Under the pieces are notes generated by a model, which worked only from the letters and a program-made list of their open reading frames with translations, had not been told where the DNA came from and did no database searches. Position numbers and translations under genes: made by a program. From an uncultured Oscillospiraceae bacterium (GTDB lineage: Bacteria; Bacillota; Clostridia; Oscillospirales; Acutalibacteraceae), in the NCBI GenBank assembly GCA_900539855.1, contig UQDO01000002.1, positions 7,033 to 71,032 of the forward strand: a stretch of DNA of 64,000 bases. The letters run 5' to 3'. This document shows positions 44,654 through 54,902 of the stretch, piece after piece (the first letter of the stretch is position 1; every line of letters begins with the position of its first letter).

Positions 44654-45994
44654 TCAGCTCCATATTCTGTCGTTTGAAAATTCCCTGTTCCATTCATCTG
44701 TCGGTTCAAAGTAACCGGGGATATCAGGATTTATATGTTCTTTGAGCAGTTCCTCATTCAGGTCGTCAAAGCCGAGTCCCGGTTTTTCCGGCACCTTTAT
44801 AAATCCGTTTTTAAATATCGGATCGTCTATTCCGGTCACCATCTGAGACCACCACGGTACGTCAACCGAGTGGAATTCAAGCGCCAGCACATTATGCATG
44901 GCAGCAGCAGTATGCACTGCCGCAAGGCAGGCAACCGGGCTTTCAGCCATGTGGACCGCCACAGCCACGCCGTTTTCATCGGCAATGTCTGATATTTTTT
45001 TAAGCTCCAAAGCGCCGCCGCAGGTCAGAATGTCGGGATGTATCACCGACACACCGCCAGCCTTTATAAGTTTTTCAAAGCCTTCCTTCAAATAAATATC
45101 CTCACCTGTACATATCGGTATCGTTGTGCTGTTTTTAAGCCGCACATACTGATCGGTATATATCCATGGAACCATATCCTCAAGCCATGCAAGATTGTAG
45201 GGCTCCATGCGTCGGGCAAACCTTATGCAATCCTCAACGCAGACATGACCAAAGTGATCTATTGCCAGCGGCACCTCATAGCCTATAACCTTCCTTACCT
45301 CTTTAACATAGTTCTCAAGATAATCAAGGCCCTTTTCGGTAAGGTGAATACCTGTAAACGGATGTGCCGTAGTTACTATAGAGTAGCTTTTTTGCGCCTT
45401 TACCATGTCGGCAGTGACCGAACCGCCCTGAACATTCAATATATGGGGCGCATATTTTTTCATGTCGTCTATGAAACCCAAAGGAGCGTTTATGGTGCCG
45501 GGCTCATCAAGCAAAAGACCTATGCCAAGATCCATTTTCAGAAAAGTAAAGCCCATTTCCATACGCTTTTTAAGAGCAAGACCCATATCGTGACCGGTGT
45601 GCTTGCCGTCAACATCGGTATCGCAGTACACGCGCACCTCATCGCGGAACTTGCCGCCCAAAAGCTGATATAAAGGTACGCCGTAAGCCTTGCCGGCCAG
45701 ATCCCACAAAGCAATTTCAATTCCGGAAACGCCGCCGCCCTGACGGGAAGGACCGCCAAACTGCTTTATCTTGTGAAATATCCTGTCAACATTGCAGGGA
45801 TTTTCACCGAGTATCCTGCTTTTGAGCATGAGCGCGTAGGTCTTGCTCGATGCATCTCTGACCTCACCGTAGCCGCATAGCCCCTGATTGGTCATGATTT
45901 TAAGTATCGTACACCTTTTCGGCGCCCCGTCTATGTCCACAAAACGCATATCGGTTATTCTGAGATCTGACGGGTAAGAGCATGTGTTCACCAT
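44654..45994 (-). CDS. Enolase-superfamily sugar-acid dehydratase (mandelate racemase / D-mannonate dehydratase-like)
   Basis: The MR/MLE N-terminal and TIM-barrel domains are present. The protein is 446 aa. A GGAGG RBS is present. Confidence 0.7.
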   Translation of the reverse strand: MVNTCSYPSDLRITDMRFVDIDGAPKRCTILKIMTNQGLCGYGEVRDASSKTYALMLKSRILGENPCNVDRIFHKIKQFGGPSRQGGGVSGIEIALWDLAGKAYGVPLYQLLGGKFRDEVRVYCDTDVDGKHTGHDMGLALKKRMEMGFTFLKMDLGIGLLLDEPGTINAPLGFIDDMKKYAPHILNVQGGSVTADMVKAQKSYSIVTTAHPFTGIHLTEKGLDYLENYVKEVRKVIGYEVPLAIDHFGHVCVEDCIRFARRMEPYNLAWLEDMVPWIYTDQYVRLKNSTTIPICTGEDIYLKEGFEKLIKAGGVSVIHPDILTCGGALELKKISDIADENGVAVAVHMAESPVACLAAVHTAAAMHNVLALEFHSVDVPWWSQMVTGIDDPIFKNGFIKVPEKPGLGFDDLNEELLKEHINPDIPGYFEPTDEWNREFSNDRIWS

Positions 45995-46136
45995 TTTGAG
46001 CCTCCAAATTAAATTATTATTGACTTAATATGTATTAAAGTTTATCATTTAATTAAATTATAGATTTATTGCAATCAGGTTTCATCAACTATATTAATGA
46101 ATTTGCAAACTATATTACGGTAAGGCGGTCCTGCAT

Positions 46137-47003
46137 ATGATTACGGACATAGGGAGTATTAAAGCTGCAGACGGAAGTATTCTTCTCAAAATGTGGGAGG
46201 TCATGATTGAACCCGGCGACCGACCCTTCAGAAATCACAGTCATCTGAGATTTGAAATTTCCAAGGTGCTTTCCGGCAGCGGCATATACATGTCGGGCAA
46301 TAAAATATACCGCATTGAAAATGGCAGTATGCTTGTTTTTGCCGGCAACGAGCAGCACTGTGCAAGGCACATTGACGGCGGCGGACTCAACATGCTGAAT
46401 ATCCAGTTCGAGCCGCGTTACCTCTGGGGAAAGGACAGCGACAGTCTTTCCGAGCAGAACATCGGTCTTTGCTTTTCGCACAGCGACAGCTTCCGCAATC
46501 ACATAGACGGACGTTCCGCTGCATACTTATCGGACATAATGGAAAAAATAAGGCTTGAGATTTCGCTCAAATCGCCCGAATATCCCCTTGCGGTAAAATC
46601 ATATCTCAATATGATGCTGATATCGCTGATACGCGACCACGGTTACAGCCCGGCGACCGAAAGCGTCAGCAAGGACAAGTCCAAGCCGGTGCGCGATGTT
46701 ATCAAATACATCGACGCCCACTATCCGGAGCAGCTTGAGCTGCAAAGTCTTGCCTCGGCAGCAGGATTAAGTCCTAATTATTTTTCAGCCCTCTTTTACT
46801 CGGTCAGTGGAATACATTTGTGGGATTATGTAAACTCAAGACGTATCGACGCTGCGATAAGGCTCCTTGCCGACAACGAATTGAACATACTTGATATAGC
46901 GGTAAAATGCGGATTTAACAATACCGCTAATTTCAACAAAACATTTAAAAAGATCACAGGACTTACACCGACCGAGTACCGTCATTCGGATGAATATATC
47001 TAA
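46137..47003 (+). CDS. AraC family transcriptional regulator (cupin plus HTH)
   Basis: The C-terminal HTH_AraC is ...LASAAGLSPNYFSALF...LDIAVKCGFNNTANFNKTFKK. Confidence 0.75.
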   Translation: MITDIGSIKAADGSILLKMWEVMIEPGDRPFRNHSHLRFEISKVLSGSGIYMSGNKIYRIENGSMLVFAGNEQHCARHIDGGGLNMLNIQFEPRYLWGKDSDSLSEQNIGLCFSHSDSFRNHIDGRSAAYLSDIMEKIRLEISLKSPEYPLAVKSYLNMMLISLIRDHGYSPATESVSKDKSKPVRDVIKYIDAHYPEQLELQSLASAAGLSPNYFSALFYSVSGIHLWDYVNSRRIDAAIRLLADNELNILDIAVKCGFNNTANFNKTFKKITGLTPTEYRHSDEYI

Positions 47004-47010
47004 TAAAAAA

Positions 47011-47044
47011 AGACCTAAGGAAATCTTTCCGTAGGTCTTTTATC
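47011..47044. terminator. Terminator hairpin between AraC and secG
   Basis: The hairpin agacctaaggaaa-tc-tttccgtaggtct is followed by TTT. Confidence 0.45.
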
Positions 47045-47067
47045 AGTTTAGATATATACTGTTTAAA

Positions 47068-47316
47068 TTACTTGACAGCGATTGCAATAGCGTTTGCTGC
47101 GATCGCGATCACAAAGAAAATGACTGCCATTACCTTTGTAAGACGGGCAAGCTTTGCGTCCTTACTTCTTGATTTAGATTTAGCAAGAAAAGTATCCGCA
47201 CCGCCGGAAATAGCACTGACACCGCTGCGACGGCCCTGCTGTAAAAGCACGATAGCAATAATTATCAGGCAAACAAGCATCATGACCGAACCGATTACGA
47301 TCTGCCAAACATTCAT
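47068..47316 (-). CDS. secG: Preprotein translocase subunit SecG
   Basis: The 82-aa protein has two TM helices and the conserved SecG motif LLQQGRRSG...ISGGADTFL. Confidence 0.75.
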   Translation of the reverse strand: MNVWQIVIGSVMMLVCLIIIAIVLLQQGRRSGVSAISGGADTFLAKSKSRSKDAKLARLTKVMAVIFFVIAIAANAIAIAVK

Positions 47317-47397
47317 TATAAAAAACCTCCGATAAAGTTAAACTCACAGTGACACGAGGTATTATATCACACCCAATGTCAAATATCAACACTTTTT

Positions 47398-48801
47398 TTA
47401 CATCGGATGGACTTTATTTTCCGCGTCGGCATTTTTTGAGTCGACCTGATACTTTTTGTTGGCTCTCTTTTCAAAGAAATCGACTGCAACCTTCGGGAAC
47501 TGTGCGTATGACAGCACATCCTCCTCCTGCTCGGACCACTTTGCACACTCGGCGCGCAGCTTTTCGAGTTCCGGCTCCAGAAGATCCGCAGGACGGCAGG
47601 TTATAGGCTGCTCGTCTCCGATGATCTTTTCCCTGAAATCGGGATCAATAGCGACCGGCGTATTGCCGTATTCGCCCTTTACAAGTCCCTTAAATTCCTT
47701 GGTGACCATCTTATAGCGTTCGCCCATTATAACGTTGTACACAGCCTGTGTACCGACTATCTGCGACGACGGAGTAACAAGCGGCGGATATCCGCAGTCC
47801 GCTCTTACTCTCGGCACTTCCTCAAGAACCTCTGACAGCTTGTCTTCCTTACCTGCCTGCTTAAGCTGAGAAAGCAGATTTGAAAGCATGCCGCCCGGCA
47901 CCTGATAGATCAGCGCCTTTGCGTTTACTTCGAGCATCTTGGGGCTGAGCAGTCCCTCGGCTATATACTTTTCACGCAGCGTTTCGACATATTTTGAAAT
48001 ATTATCAAGTGCTTCAAGGTCAAGACCGGTATCGTATTCGGTACCTTTGAGTGCCGCGACCATCGACTCGGTAGCCGGATGTGAAGTGCCGAGCGCAAGC
48101 GGCGACATAGCGGTGTCAATAACATCAGCTCCGGCTTCAATAGCCTTCAGCATGACCATGGAAGCAAGTCCCGAGGTATAGTGCGAATGTACCTGTACAG
48201 GTATCTTGACAGTTTCCTTGATAGCCTTTACAAGATCATATGCAGTGTAAGGAGTGAGCAGTGCCGCCATATCCTTTATGCATATCGAATCCGCACCGGT
48301 ATCCTCAAGCTGTTTTGCGTATTTTGTGTAGTACTCAAGATCAAAGACCGGTCCGGTCGTGTACGACACGGTCGCCTGTACATGAGCGCCCTTTTCCTTT
48401 TTGGTGGCGTTTATTGCGGTCTCGAGATTACGGATATCGTTAAGCGCATCGAATATACGGATGATATCTATACCGTTTGCTACAGAGCGCTGCACGAGGT
48501 ATTCAACAACATCGTCGGCATAATGTCTGTAGCCGAGCATGTTCTGTCCTCTGAAAAGCATCTGGAGCTTAGTGTTCGGGCACTTTTCGCGTATAAGGCG
48601 AAGTCTTGCCCACGGGTCCTCGTCAAGGAAGCGAAGGCAGGCGTCATATGTTGCGCCGCCCCAGCACTCAAGCGAGTGAAAACCGATTTTATCAAGCTGT
48701 TCAAGCATTGGAAGCATTTCTTGTGTAGTCATGCGCGTGGCGATAAGCGACTGATGCGCGTCACGCAGCACGGTCTCTGTAATGCCGATCTTTTTCTGCA
48801 T
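47398..48801 (-). CDS. Pyruvate/oxaloacetate carboxyltransferase subunit (5S-transcarboxylase / OadA N-terminal type), without a biotinyl domain
   Basis: An HMGL-like TIM barrel begins KIGITETVLRDAHQSL. A conserved carboxylase C-terminal region follows. No C-terminal biotin domain is present, as the 467-aa protein ends ...ENKVHPM. Confidence 0.75.
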   Translation of the reverse strand: MQKKIGITETVLRDAHQSLIATRMTTQEMLPMLEQLDKIGFHSLECWGGATYDACLRFLDEDPWARLRLIREKCPNTKLQMLFRGQNMLGYRHYADDVVEYLVQRSVANGIDIIRIFDALNDIRNLETAINATKKEKGAHVQATVSYTTGPVFDLEYYTKYAKQLEDTGADSICIKDMAALLTPYTAYDLVKAIKETVKIPVQVHSHYTSGLASMVMLKAIEAGADVIDTAMSPLALGTSHPATESMVAALKGTEYDTGLDLEALDNISKYVETLREKYIAEGLLSPKMLEVNAKALIYQVPGGMLSNLLSQLKQAGKEDKLSEVLEEVPRVRADCGYPPLVTPSSQIVGTQAVYNVIMGERYKMVTKEFKGLVKGEYGNTPVAIDPDFREKIIGDEQPITCRPADLLEPELEKLRAECAKWSEQEEDVLSYAQFPKVAVDFFEKRANKKYQVDSKNADAENKVHPM

Positions 48802-48835
48802 TGTGATCTCCTCCCTTTAAAAAGGACAGTGTAAA

Positions 48836-49237
48836 TTACTTTATAGTAACAAGAGTCTTACCGACCTCAACGGCATCTCCTGCCGCGACGCACACCGCAG
48901 AAACGGTTCCGTCCGACGGAGCAGTTATTTCGTTTTCCATCTTCATGGCTTCAAGTATAAGAAGGGTATCGCCCTTAGATACCGACTGTCCTGCCGAAAC
49001 CAGAACCTTAAGTATAGTACCGGGCATAGGAGCCTCGACCGCTGCGCCCTCTCCTGCCTCTGCGACTGCCGGAGCAGGTGCTGCGACAGGTGCAGGTGCA
49101 GGTGCCGCTGTCGGTGCAGCAACAGGTGCTGCCGGAGCCGGAGCCGGAGCTGCAGCCGCAGCCGCGGCAGAGCCAACCTTCTCCTCAACATTTACGTCAT
49201 ATGCTTTTCCGTTGACTGTGATCTTGAACTGTCTCAT
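48836..49237 (-). CDS. Biotin carboxyl carrier protein (1.3S-type) with an Ala/Pro-rich linker
   Basis: The biotinylation motif EAMKMENEI is present. An (A/P)n linker spans residues 23-68. Confidence 0.8.
   Translation of the reverse strand: MRQFKITVNGKAYDVNVEEKVGSAAAAAAAPAPAPAAPVAAPTAAPAPAPVAAPAPAVAEAGEGAAVEAPMPGTILKVLVSAGQSVSKGDTLLILEAMKMENEITAPSDGTVSAVCVAAGDAVEVGKTLVTIK
49060..49175. repeat. GC-rich imperfect tandem repeat encoding the Ala/Pro linker of the biotin carrier
   Basis: gcaggtgc / gccggagc units are reiterated within the coding sequence. Confidence 0.5.
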
Positions 49238-49330
49238 AATATTATCTCCATTCCGCCGCTTTAATGATTTGAAAATTTATAGGACAAAATCTCCACAGGC
49301 GGCATCTTTGGAGATCTGCTTTTATCTTTA

Positions 49331-50722
49331 TTATCTGTAAATCGGAAGATTCGAATGTTTCTTATCAAGCGTTGAGACACGCTTTGAAGCCATCATATCA
49401 AGTGCGGCAATGACCGACTGGGTCAGATCCTCCGATGTTACGACCGCGTTTATATCGCCGTTTTCGGCAGCCTTCAAAGGTGAGCCCTCGCAAAGTGCAT
49501 ATTCTTTTTCGAGATCCTCACGTTTTTCATTGCCCAGTCTGTCCTTGTAAAGGAACTGGACCGCCGTCATCGGCTCGAGAGCGCATATGGCAGCATCAGC
49601 AAGTGCGATAGCGACATCTGTGCCGGACGCCTTGCCTGCAAGTGCGGTATAAGCCAGTCCGTAAGCCTTGCCTGTGATTATCGACACCTTGGCTGTTGTA
49701 GCCTCCGAGTATGCGGCGGTAAGTGCCGACACAGCCTTTAATGAACCGCCAAGCTCCTCATCGCCGTCGCCCATAAAGCCTGCACAGTCGATAAACGTAA
49801 CTACCGGCAGTGAGTATGCATCGCAAAGTCTTACGAAACGTGCGATCTTTGAGGCGCCCTCTCCGCATATTCTATCGTCATTTCCGTATCCGCCGGCTGC
49901 AACTACGCCGACCGATTCGCCTGCTATTCTCGCAAAGCCGACCTTCGCACATTTGCCGTATTCAGCCAAAAGCTCAAAGAAGCTGTTTTCATCTATGACC
50001 GAACTTACCGACGCATCCATGCCGTCGCCCGAAGAGACAGCCGGAACATAATCGGCAACAGACGGTACCGAAAGGTTGTTTGAAGGAAGTGCGGCAAGTA
50101 TAGCAGCGACAGACTCCATAGCCGAGCTGTCATCGGCGGCGATAACATCCGCAAGTCCCGATTTTGCCGCAGACTGAGCGGTACCGACCTTACCGTTTCC
50201 TGTAACGGCTGAAGATCTTAAGCAAAGCTCCGCATTTTCGGTCATGACCGTTGCATCAGCTATATTGGCGAGCACGGCAGCGGAACCGACACACGCTCCT
50301 GCAACAACCGATATCATGGGCACTACACCCGAAAGTCTGCCTGCCGCTGCGATAAGCTCACCGTAAGCGTTAAGAGCGTCCACTCCGTCGTCTGCGAAAG
50401 CGCCCTTTGAGTCAAAAATACCTACGACCGGGCAGCCGTTTTTGAGAGCAAGATCGTATACCTTTGCGATCTTTGCTGCCTGCGCCCTGTTCATAGCACC
50501 CGAAAATTCTGTCACATCCTGCGAGTAGGCATAGGTTCCTGCTCCGTTTACATTACCGTAAGCGGCAACGACTCCGCAGCCGGCATCGCCGTTTTTTGCA
50601 AACCTGTCGATCTCGGTATATACACCGCCGTCAAAAAGGAAAGAAAGGCGCTTGTAAGCGTCGGTCTCCGGTTTTGCGGAGTTTTCCTTCGCGAGGCGTG
50701 AAATTCCGTTTTCACAGTCCAT
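49331..50722 (-). CDS. Acyl-CoA carboxyltransferase (12S-transcarboxylase / methylmalonyl-CoA decarboxylase alpha type)
   Basis: Two crotonase-like carboxyltransferase domains are present. The start is taken at MDCENGIS, which follows an ACGGAGGA RBS. Confidence 0.8.
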   Translation of the reverse strand: MDCENGISRLAKENSAKPETDAYKRLSFLFDGGVYTEIDRFAKNGDAGCGVVAAYGNVNGAGTYAYSQDVTEFSGAMNRAQAAKIAKVYDLALKNGCPVVGIFDSKGAFADDGVDALNAYGELIAAAGRLSGVVPMISVVAGACVGSAAVLANIADATVMTENAELCLRSSAVTGNGKVGTAQSAAKSGLADVIAADDSSAMESVAAILAALPSNNLSVPSVADYVPAVSSGDGMDASVSSVIDENSFFELLAEYGKCAKVGFARIAGESVGVVAAGGYGNDDRICGEGASKIARFVRLCDAYSLPVVTFIDCAGFMGDGDEELGGSLKAVSALTAAYSEATTAKVSIITGKAYGLAYTALAGKASGTDVAIALADAAICALEPMTAVQFLYKDRLGNEKREDLEKEYALCEGSPLKAAENGDINAVVTSEDLTQSVIAALDMMASKRVSTLDKKHSNLPIYR

Positions 50723-50866
50723 TATTATTCCTCCGTTCGCACAAATGCGGTGCAAAGCAGTGCTTTGTACCGTTAACTTGTGTTTTAATTGCAAAAATAT
50801 TCTAAAATTCTGCCACTGTACATTATATACCGAGAATAAAAAAATAACAAGTATAATTTTACAAAA

Positions 50867-51238
50867 TCATCCGCAATTTTTGCATGATTTAAAGAGCAGA
50901 CTCACATCAAGCTCTTTTTCAGTTTCGCTTTTAACAAATTTAAGCTTTTTAAGCAAATGCACCGGCGCTTCGTCACTGTAAAATGCTGTCATTATCCCGT
51001 TTTCGGTGCCGATATGAAGTGCCGATCTCAACAATCCGTCGGCAAACATGATATCGCCTTCCGGCTCAATACATCTGACAGTCAGTCTGTCACTTTCCAT
51101 ATCAAAAAGGCAGAAGCCTATGACGGTCTCACCATCATAGGCTACGGCAGCCGTTGAATTTTCATTAATTTTTAAACCGCGCTGTTTATAAAGCGGCTCA
51201 AGAGCGTCTGCTCTTCTTTCGGGGCGTATTTCTATCAT
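50867..51238 (-). CDS. Hypothetical small protein (weakly GNAT/ACT-like)
   Basis: The 123-aa ORF overlaps the rluB 3' end by 41 nt. No RBS was checked and no motif was recognised. Confidence 0.3.
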   Translation of the reverse strand: MIEIRPERRADALEPLYKQRGLKINENSTAAVAYDGETVIGFCLFDMESDRLTVRCIEPEGDIMFADGLLRSALHIGTENGIMTAFYSDEAPVHLLKKLKFVKSETEKELDVSLLFKSCKNCG

Positions 51239-51980
51239 CCTTCTGAAACTCCTTTGAAACGCTGACGCTCATCAGCTTTTTGACCTCTTTTTCGTTAAGC
51301 TCGCGCAACTTACCCTGCTGAAGCATGCCAAGCTTTATTCCGGCTATTTCCGTGCGTTTCAGCCTTATAACGGTAAGTCCCACCGCCTCGCACAGTTTTC
51401 TTATTTCACGGTTTTTTCCTTCGTACAGCACAAATCTCAGCACCGTGCGGTCATCATACTTTTCTGCGACCGATATGTCGCACGGCAGGGTCGTCATATC
51501 CTCAAGCTGCATACCTGATGCCATCTTTATTATCTGTTCTTCGGTCGGCTTTTCTCTTACAGTGACCCTGTATACCTTTGACACGTGGCGCGACGGATGG
51601 GTCAGCAGATTTGCAAATTCACCGTCGTTGGTCATAAGCAGAAGCCCCTCTGAGTTGCGGTCGAGCCTGCCGACCGGAAACAGACGCACTCCGACGTCCG
51701 AGACGAGATCGGCAACGCATTTTCTGCCCTGCTCGTCGCTCAAGGTCGTAATGAATCCGCGCGGCTTATGAAGCATTATATACTTCTTTTCGTCGGACAT
51801 GGCAACAGGCTTTCCGCATACGAGCACCTTGTCGTGCACGGGGTCGACCTTATCGCCCAAGATAGCCTTGCGTCCGTTTATTTTTACCCTTCCCTGTTCA
51901 ATGAGCTCTTCTGCGGCGCGGCGCGACGCGACAGAGCACTGTGACAGATATTTTTGCAGTCTTATTTTTTCCACAGCCAT
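51198..51980 (-). CDS. rluB: 23S rRNA pseudouridine synthase (RluB/RsuA family, S4 domain)
   Basis: An S4 domain (RLQKYLSQCSVASRRAAEELIEQGRVKINGR) precedes the PseudoU_synth_2 catalytic domain, which carries the HRLD-like catalytic motif. An AGGGAGA RBS is present. Confidence 0.8.
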   Translation of the reverse strand: MAVEKIRLQKYLSQCSVASRRAAEELIEQGRVKINGRKAILGDKVDPVHDKVLVCGKPVAMSDEKKYIMLHKPRGFITTLSDEQGRKCVADLVSDVGVRLFPVGRLDRNSEGLLLMTNDGEFANLLTHPSRHVSKVYRVTVREKPTEEQIIKMASGMQLEDMTTLPCDISVAEKYDDRTVLRFVLYEGKNREIRKLCEAVGLTVIRLKRTEIAGIKLGMLQQGKLRELNEKEVKKLMSVSVSKEFQKDDRNTPRKKSRRS

Positions 51981-51998
51981 TGTTTTCTCCCTGAAATT

Positions 51999-53153
51999 TT
52001 ACTTTAAAAGCCCTGTAAGGTTCAGCAGATTATCCTTCACCTTATCCGAAAAGCTCTTGTTTACATTTTTATATTTCACATCTCCGAGCGCATATACCGG
52101 CTCGGTCCTTATGACCCTGTTATCATAGGTATAATCGACATATCCCACTATCCTGCCCGGTGAAACATCGGGATAAACAAAGGGCAGTATACGTAGAATT
52201 CCCGTCACCCTTTCCTTTGACGCGGCAGTGCATCCGCAGATATACTGTCCCGTCGCGATCCTGACACGATCTGCGTCGCCGCCTGCCACAGGTATGGTAT
52301 TGTCCTCAAATTTATATGTAACATCTACAGGCTCAAGGCATCCGAGCCCATAGTCAAGTAAAGCGCGGTGATCATCCCAGTCGTCAGGGTCACAAAGCGT
52401 GACCGCAACAACAGTACATCCGTTGCGCCTTGCAGCCGACACAAGGCATCTGCCCGATTTTTTGGTAAAGCCAGTTTTAAGACCTATGCACCCGTCATAG
52501 CTGCCAAGCAGCTTGTTATGGTTTGTAAGCGTGCGGTCATACGGCGGTGATCCGTAGCTTACCGTCATGGTCCTGCTTGCCGCAGCAAATGCAAGATATT
52601 TGTTTTTCAGCGCCTCGACAGCCAGCAGCGCCATATCGTAGGCGGTCGAATAATGCTCATCATCGTCAAGTCCGGAAGGGGTGACAAAATGCGTATTTGT
52701 CATGCCTATCTGCTCTGCGCGGTCGTTCATCATCTGCACAAATTTATCAACCGAGCCTGCCACCGCTATTGCAGTGGTGTTTGCTGCGTCATTACCGGAC
52801 GAAAGCAGCATACCGGCAAGCAGCGCATGATATGACACCTGGTCTCCCTCAAGCAGACCCATGGACGACCCTTCGACCGTCACCATCTGCTTTGTTGTTA
52901 CCACGACTTTTTCCGGAGTACCGGTCTCTGCAAGCAGCAGAGCGGTCATGAGCTTGGTCGTGCTTGCCATTGATAATCTTAAATGTGCGTTTTTTGAGGC
53001 AAGTATTTCGCCGGTATCGGCGTTCATAAGTACCATGCCTTTTGCCGACACGTCCAAAGCGGAGGCACTTACAGAAACAGAAAAAAGCAGCACGAACGCC
53101 GCCGCTGCCGCGGCGGCGAACCGTCTTATTACAGTTGACTTCAAACCTTTCAC
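51999..53153 (-). CDS. D-alanyl-D-alanine carboxypeptidase (S11, DacB/DacF-like)
   Basis: A signal peptide is followed by the SxxK motif SMASTTK, an SGN motif and a KTG motif. The protein is 384 aa. Confidence 0.75.
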   Translation of the reverse strand: MKGLKSTVIRRFAAAAAAAFVLLFSVSVSASALDVSAKGMVLMNADTGEILASKNAHLRLSMASTTKLMTALLLAETGTPEKVVVTTKQMVTVEGSSMGLLEGDQVSYHALLAGMLLSSGNDAANTTAIAVAGSVDKFVQMMNDRAEQIGMTNTHFVTPSGLDDDEHYSTAYDMALLAVEALKNKYLAFAAASRTMTVSYGSPPYDRTLTNHNKLLGSYDGCIGLKTGFTKKSGRCLVSAARRNGCTVVAVTLCDPDDWDDHRALLDYGLGCLEPVDVTYKFEDNTIPVAGGDADRVRIATGQYICGCTAASKERVTGILRILPFVYPDVSPGRIVGYVDYTYDNRVIRTEPVYALGDVKYKNVNKSFSDKVKDNLLNLTGLLK

Positions 53154-53217
53154 ACTCTCACAACTCCCTTTTTGAATAGATATGGTGAAAGTGCGGTTTT
53201 AATTCTATTCTGCTATA

Positions 53218-53586
53218 TTATTTGTCCTTCTTAAATATCGAGGTTATCCTTTCAACAACATCCGGAACAGCCGAGACGGCTCTTTCAACCGAGGACTCAT
53301 TGTAATTGACATTGACCATTCTGACGTCGCTTCCTTTTATAACAAGGAATCCTACCGGTGTCACGGTAGCACCGGCTCCGCCGCCGCCGCCGAAAAGGTT
53401 TTCGCCCGGCGTTTTGCGCGGAAAATCAGAGCCTCCGGATGCAAGTCCGAATGACACCTTTGAAATCGGTATCATCGTTATACCATTGACAACGATGGGA
53501 TCGCCCACCACCGTGCCGGAATCGACCAGAGCACGGATCTTTTCCATTGTGACGTTCATGATATTGCTGATATTGTTTTCTGCCAT
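53218..53586 (-). CDS. ytfJ: Sporulation protein YtfJ / GerW family
   Basis: The 122-aa protein has the Gly-rich core SFGLASGGSD...FGGGGGAGATVTPVGFLV typical of YtfJ. Confidence 0.7.
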   Translation of the reverse strand: MAENNISNIMNVTMEKIRALVDSGTVVGDPIVVNGITMIPISKVSFGLASGGSDFPRKTPGENLFGGGGGAGATVTPVGFLVIKGSDVRMVNVNYNESSVERAVSAVPDVVERITSIFKKDK

Positions 53587-54278
53587 TATCGATCATTCCT
53601 CTCTTGCTTTCCTATATCGTCAGGGTACCGCAATGCTTTACTGCCTTCGCTTTTGTACCCTTGTTTGCTGAGTATTTCTTTGAATTTCTGCTTTATTATC
53701 ATGGCAAGTATTTTTGCCGCTGCCAAAGCGGCAAACCAAAGCCTTAATTTAAACCTTCCCTCAAAGGCGATATTTGATTCTTTTGAATTAAAATCACTCG
53801 TAACCGAAACATTGGTCTTATTATTGCTGAACTTAAGATGTGTGTAAAGAAAGTCAAGCGTCGGGTAAACAGTCGCACAGACCGCACCGTATGTGACCGC
53901 CGTTTTTGCAGGGTCGTCGGACGCCACCTTTATAAAAAGGTCAAATTTATTTACGCGCAGATGCCTTGCTGCTGTTTTAAGACCGCCTACTATCGCCCTT
54001 AATGCCTCGGAAAGCTCAGATGCTGCTCCGGACAAACCTTTCTCATCTATAAGCTTTTTTACTGTGCCTGTCTTATGCGGCTTGTCTTCTTCTTTCTTTT
54101 GTTCATCGCTTATTTTTTGCTTCTTAAGTTTTCTCTTTTTTGGATAAGAAAACGACAGAAAGAGATATCCTATCTCAGCCGACGCCTCACCGTCATATTT
54201 TACATGGAGTGAGACACTGCACAAAAGCAAAAACGCAATTATCAGGACTACGATACCTATTATCAAAAGTGCGGTCAC
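53586..54278 (-). CDS. DUF2953 (YtfI-like) sporulation-associated membrane protein
   Basis: An N-terminal TM helix is followed by a Lys-rich segment. It sits immediately upstream of ytfJ, as in Bacillus ytfIJ. Confidence 0.55.
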   Translation of the reverse strand: MTALLIIGIVVLIIAFLLLCSVSLHVKYDGEASAEIGYLFLSFSYPKKRKLKKQKISDEQKKEEDKPHKTGTVKKLIDEKGLSGAASELSEALRAIVGGLKTAARHLRVNKFDLFIKVASDDPAKTAVTYGAVCATVYPTLDFLYTHLKFSNNKTNVSVTSDFNSKESNIAFEGRFKLRLWFAALAAAKILAMIIKQKFKEILSKQGYKSEGSKALRYPDDIGKQERNDR

Positions 54279-54281
54279 AAA

Positions 54282-54902
54282 TTATTCACCGCTTTCCTCA
54301 ATATCCTCAATTTCTTCATTCATACGGCGTGCAAGATCGGCAACATCGGCAGACAGCATTTTCAGCTGACCGTCCGGGTCCTCGACCGTTTCGTCGGCAG
54401 GAACATCGGGAAGATCGGCAAGCGATGACAGCCCGAAGCAGCGCAGGAAATTGGCTGTTGTACCGTAAAGCAGCGGTCTGCCCGGCAGCTCAAGCCTGCC
54501 TCTTTCCTCAAGAAGATCCTTCTCAACAAGTGTCGAAACGACGCCTGAGCAGTCAACGCCTCTCACCTGCTCAACATACGCCTTTGTAACAGGCTGATTA
54601 TAAGCTATAACGGCAAGCACCTCAAGTGCCGCCTGAGAAAGCGGAGCTTTACGCCTTAAATCAAGCGCAGCTCTTATATATTCCGCATATTCCTTAGCTG
54701 AGGCAAGCTGATATGAATTTTCAAGTTTCAGAAGTCTTATGGCGCTTTGCCTGTCAAGCATCCGGTCTGAAAGCATCTTCATAACACCGTCTACCGTTTC
54801 GGGGTCGGTATCGAATATCTGGCAAAACCTTTCGGTCTCGACCGGTTCACCGCTTGCAAAAAGCACGGCTTCAAATGCCGGTATCATTTCATTTACGGTC
54901 AC
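54282..54902 (-). CDS. scpB: Segregation and condensation protein B
   Basis: The ScpB winged-helix pattern EAVLFASGEPV...LSQAALEVLAVIAYNQPVTKAYVEQVRGV is present. Confidence 0.85.
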   Translation of the reverse strand: MTVNEMIPAFEAVLFASGEPVETERFCQIFDTDPETVDGVMKMLSDRMLDRQSAIRLLKLENSYQLASAKEYAEYIRAALDLRRKAPLSQAALEVLAVIAYNQPVTKAYVEQVRGVDCSGVVSTLVEKDLLEERGRLELPGRPLLYGTTANFLRCFGLSSLADLPDVPADETVEDPDGQLKMLSADVADLARRMNEEIEDIEESGE

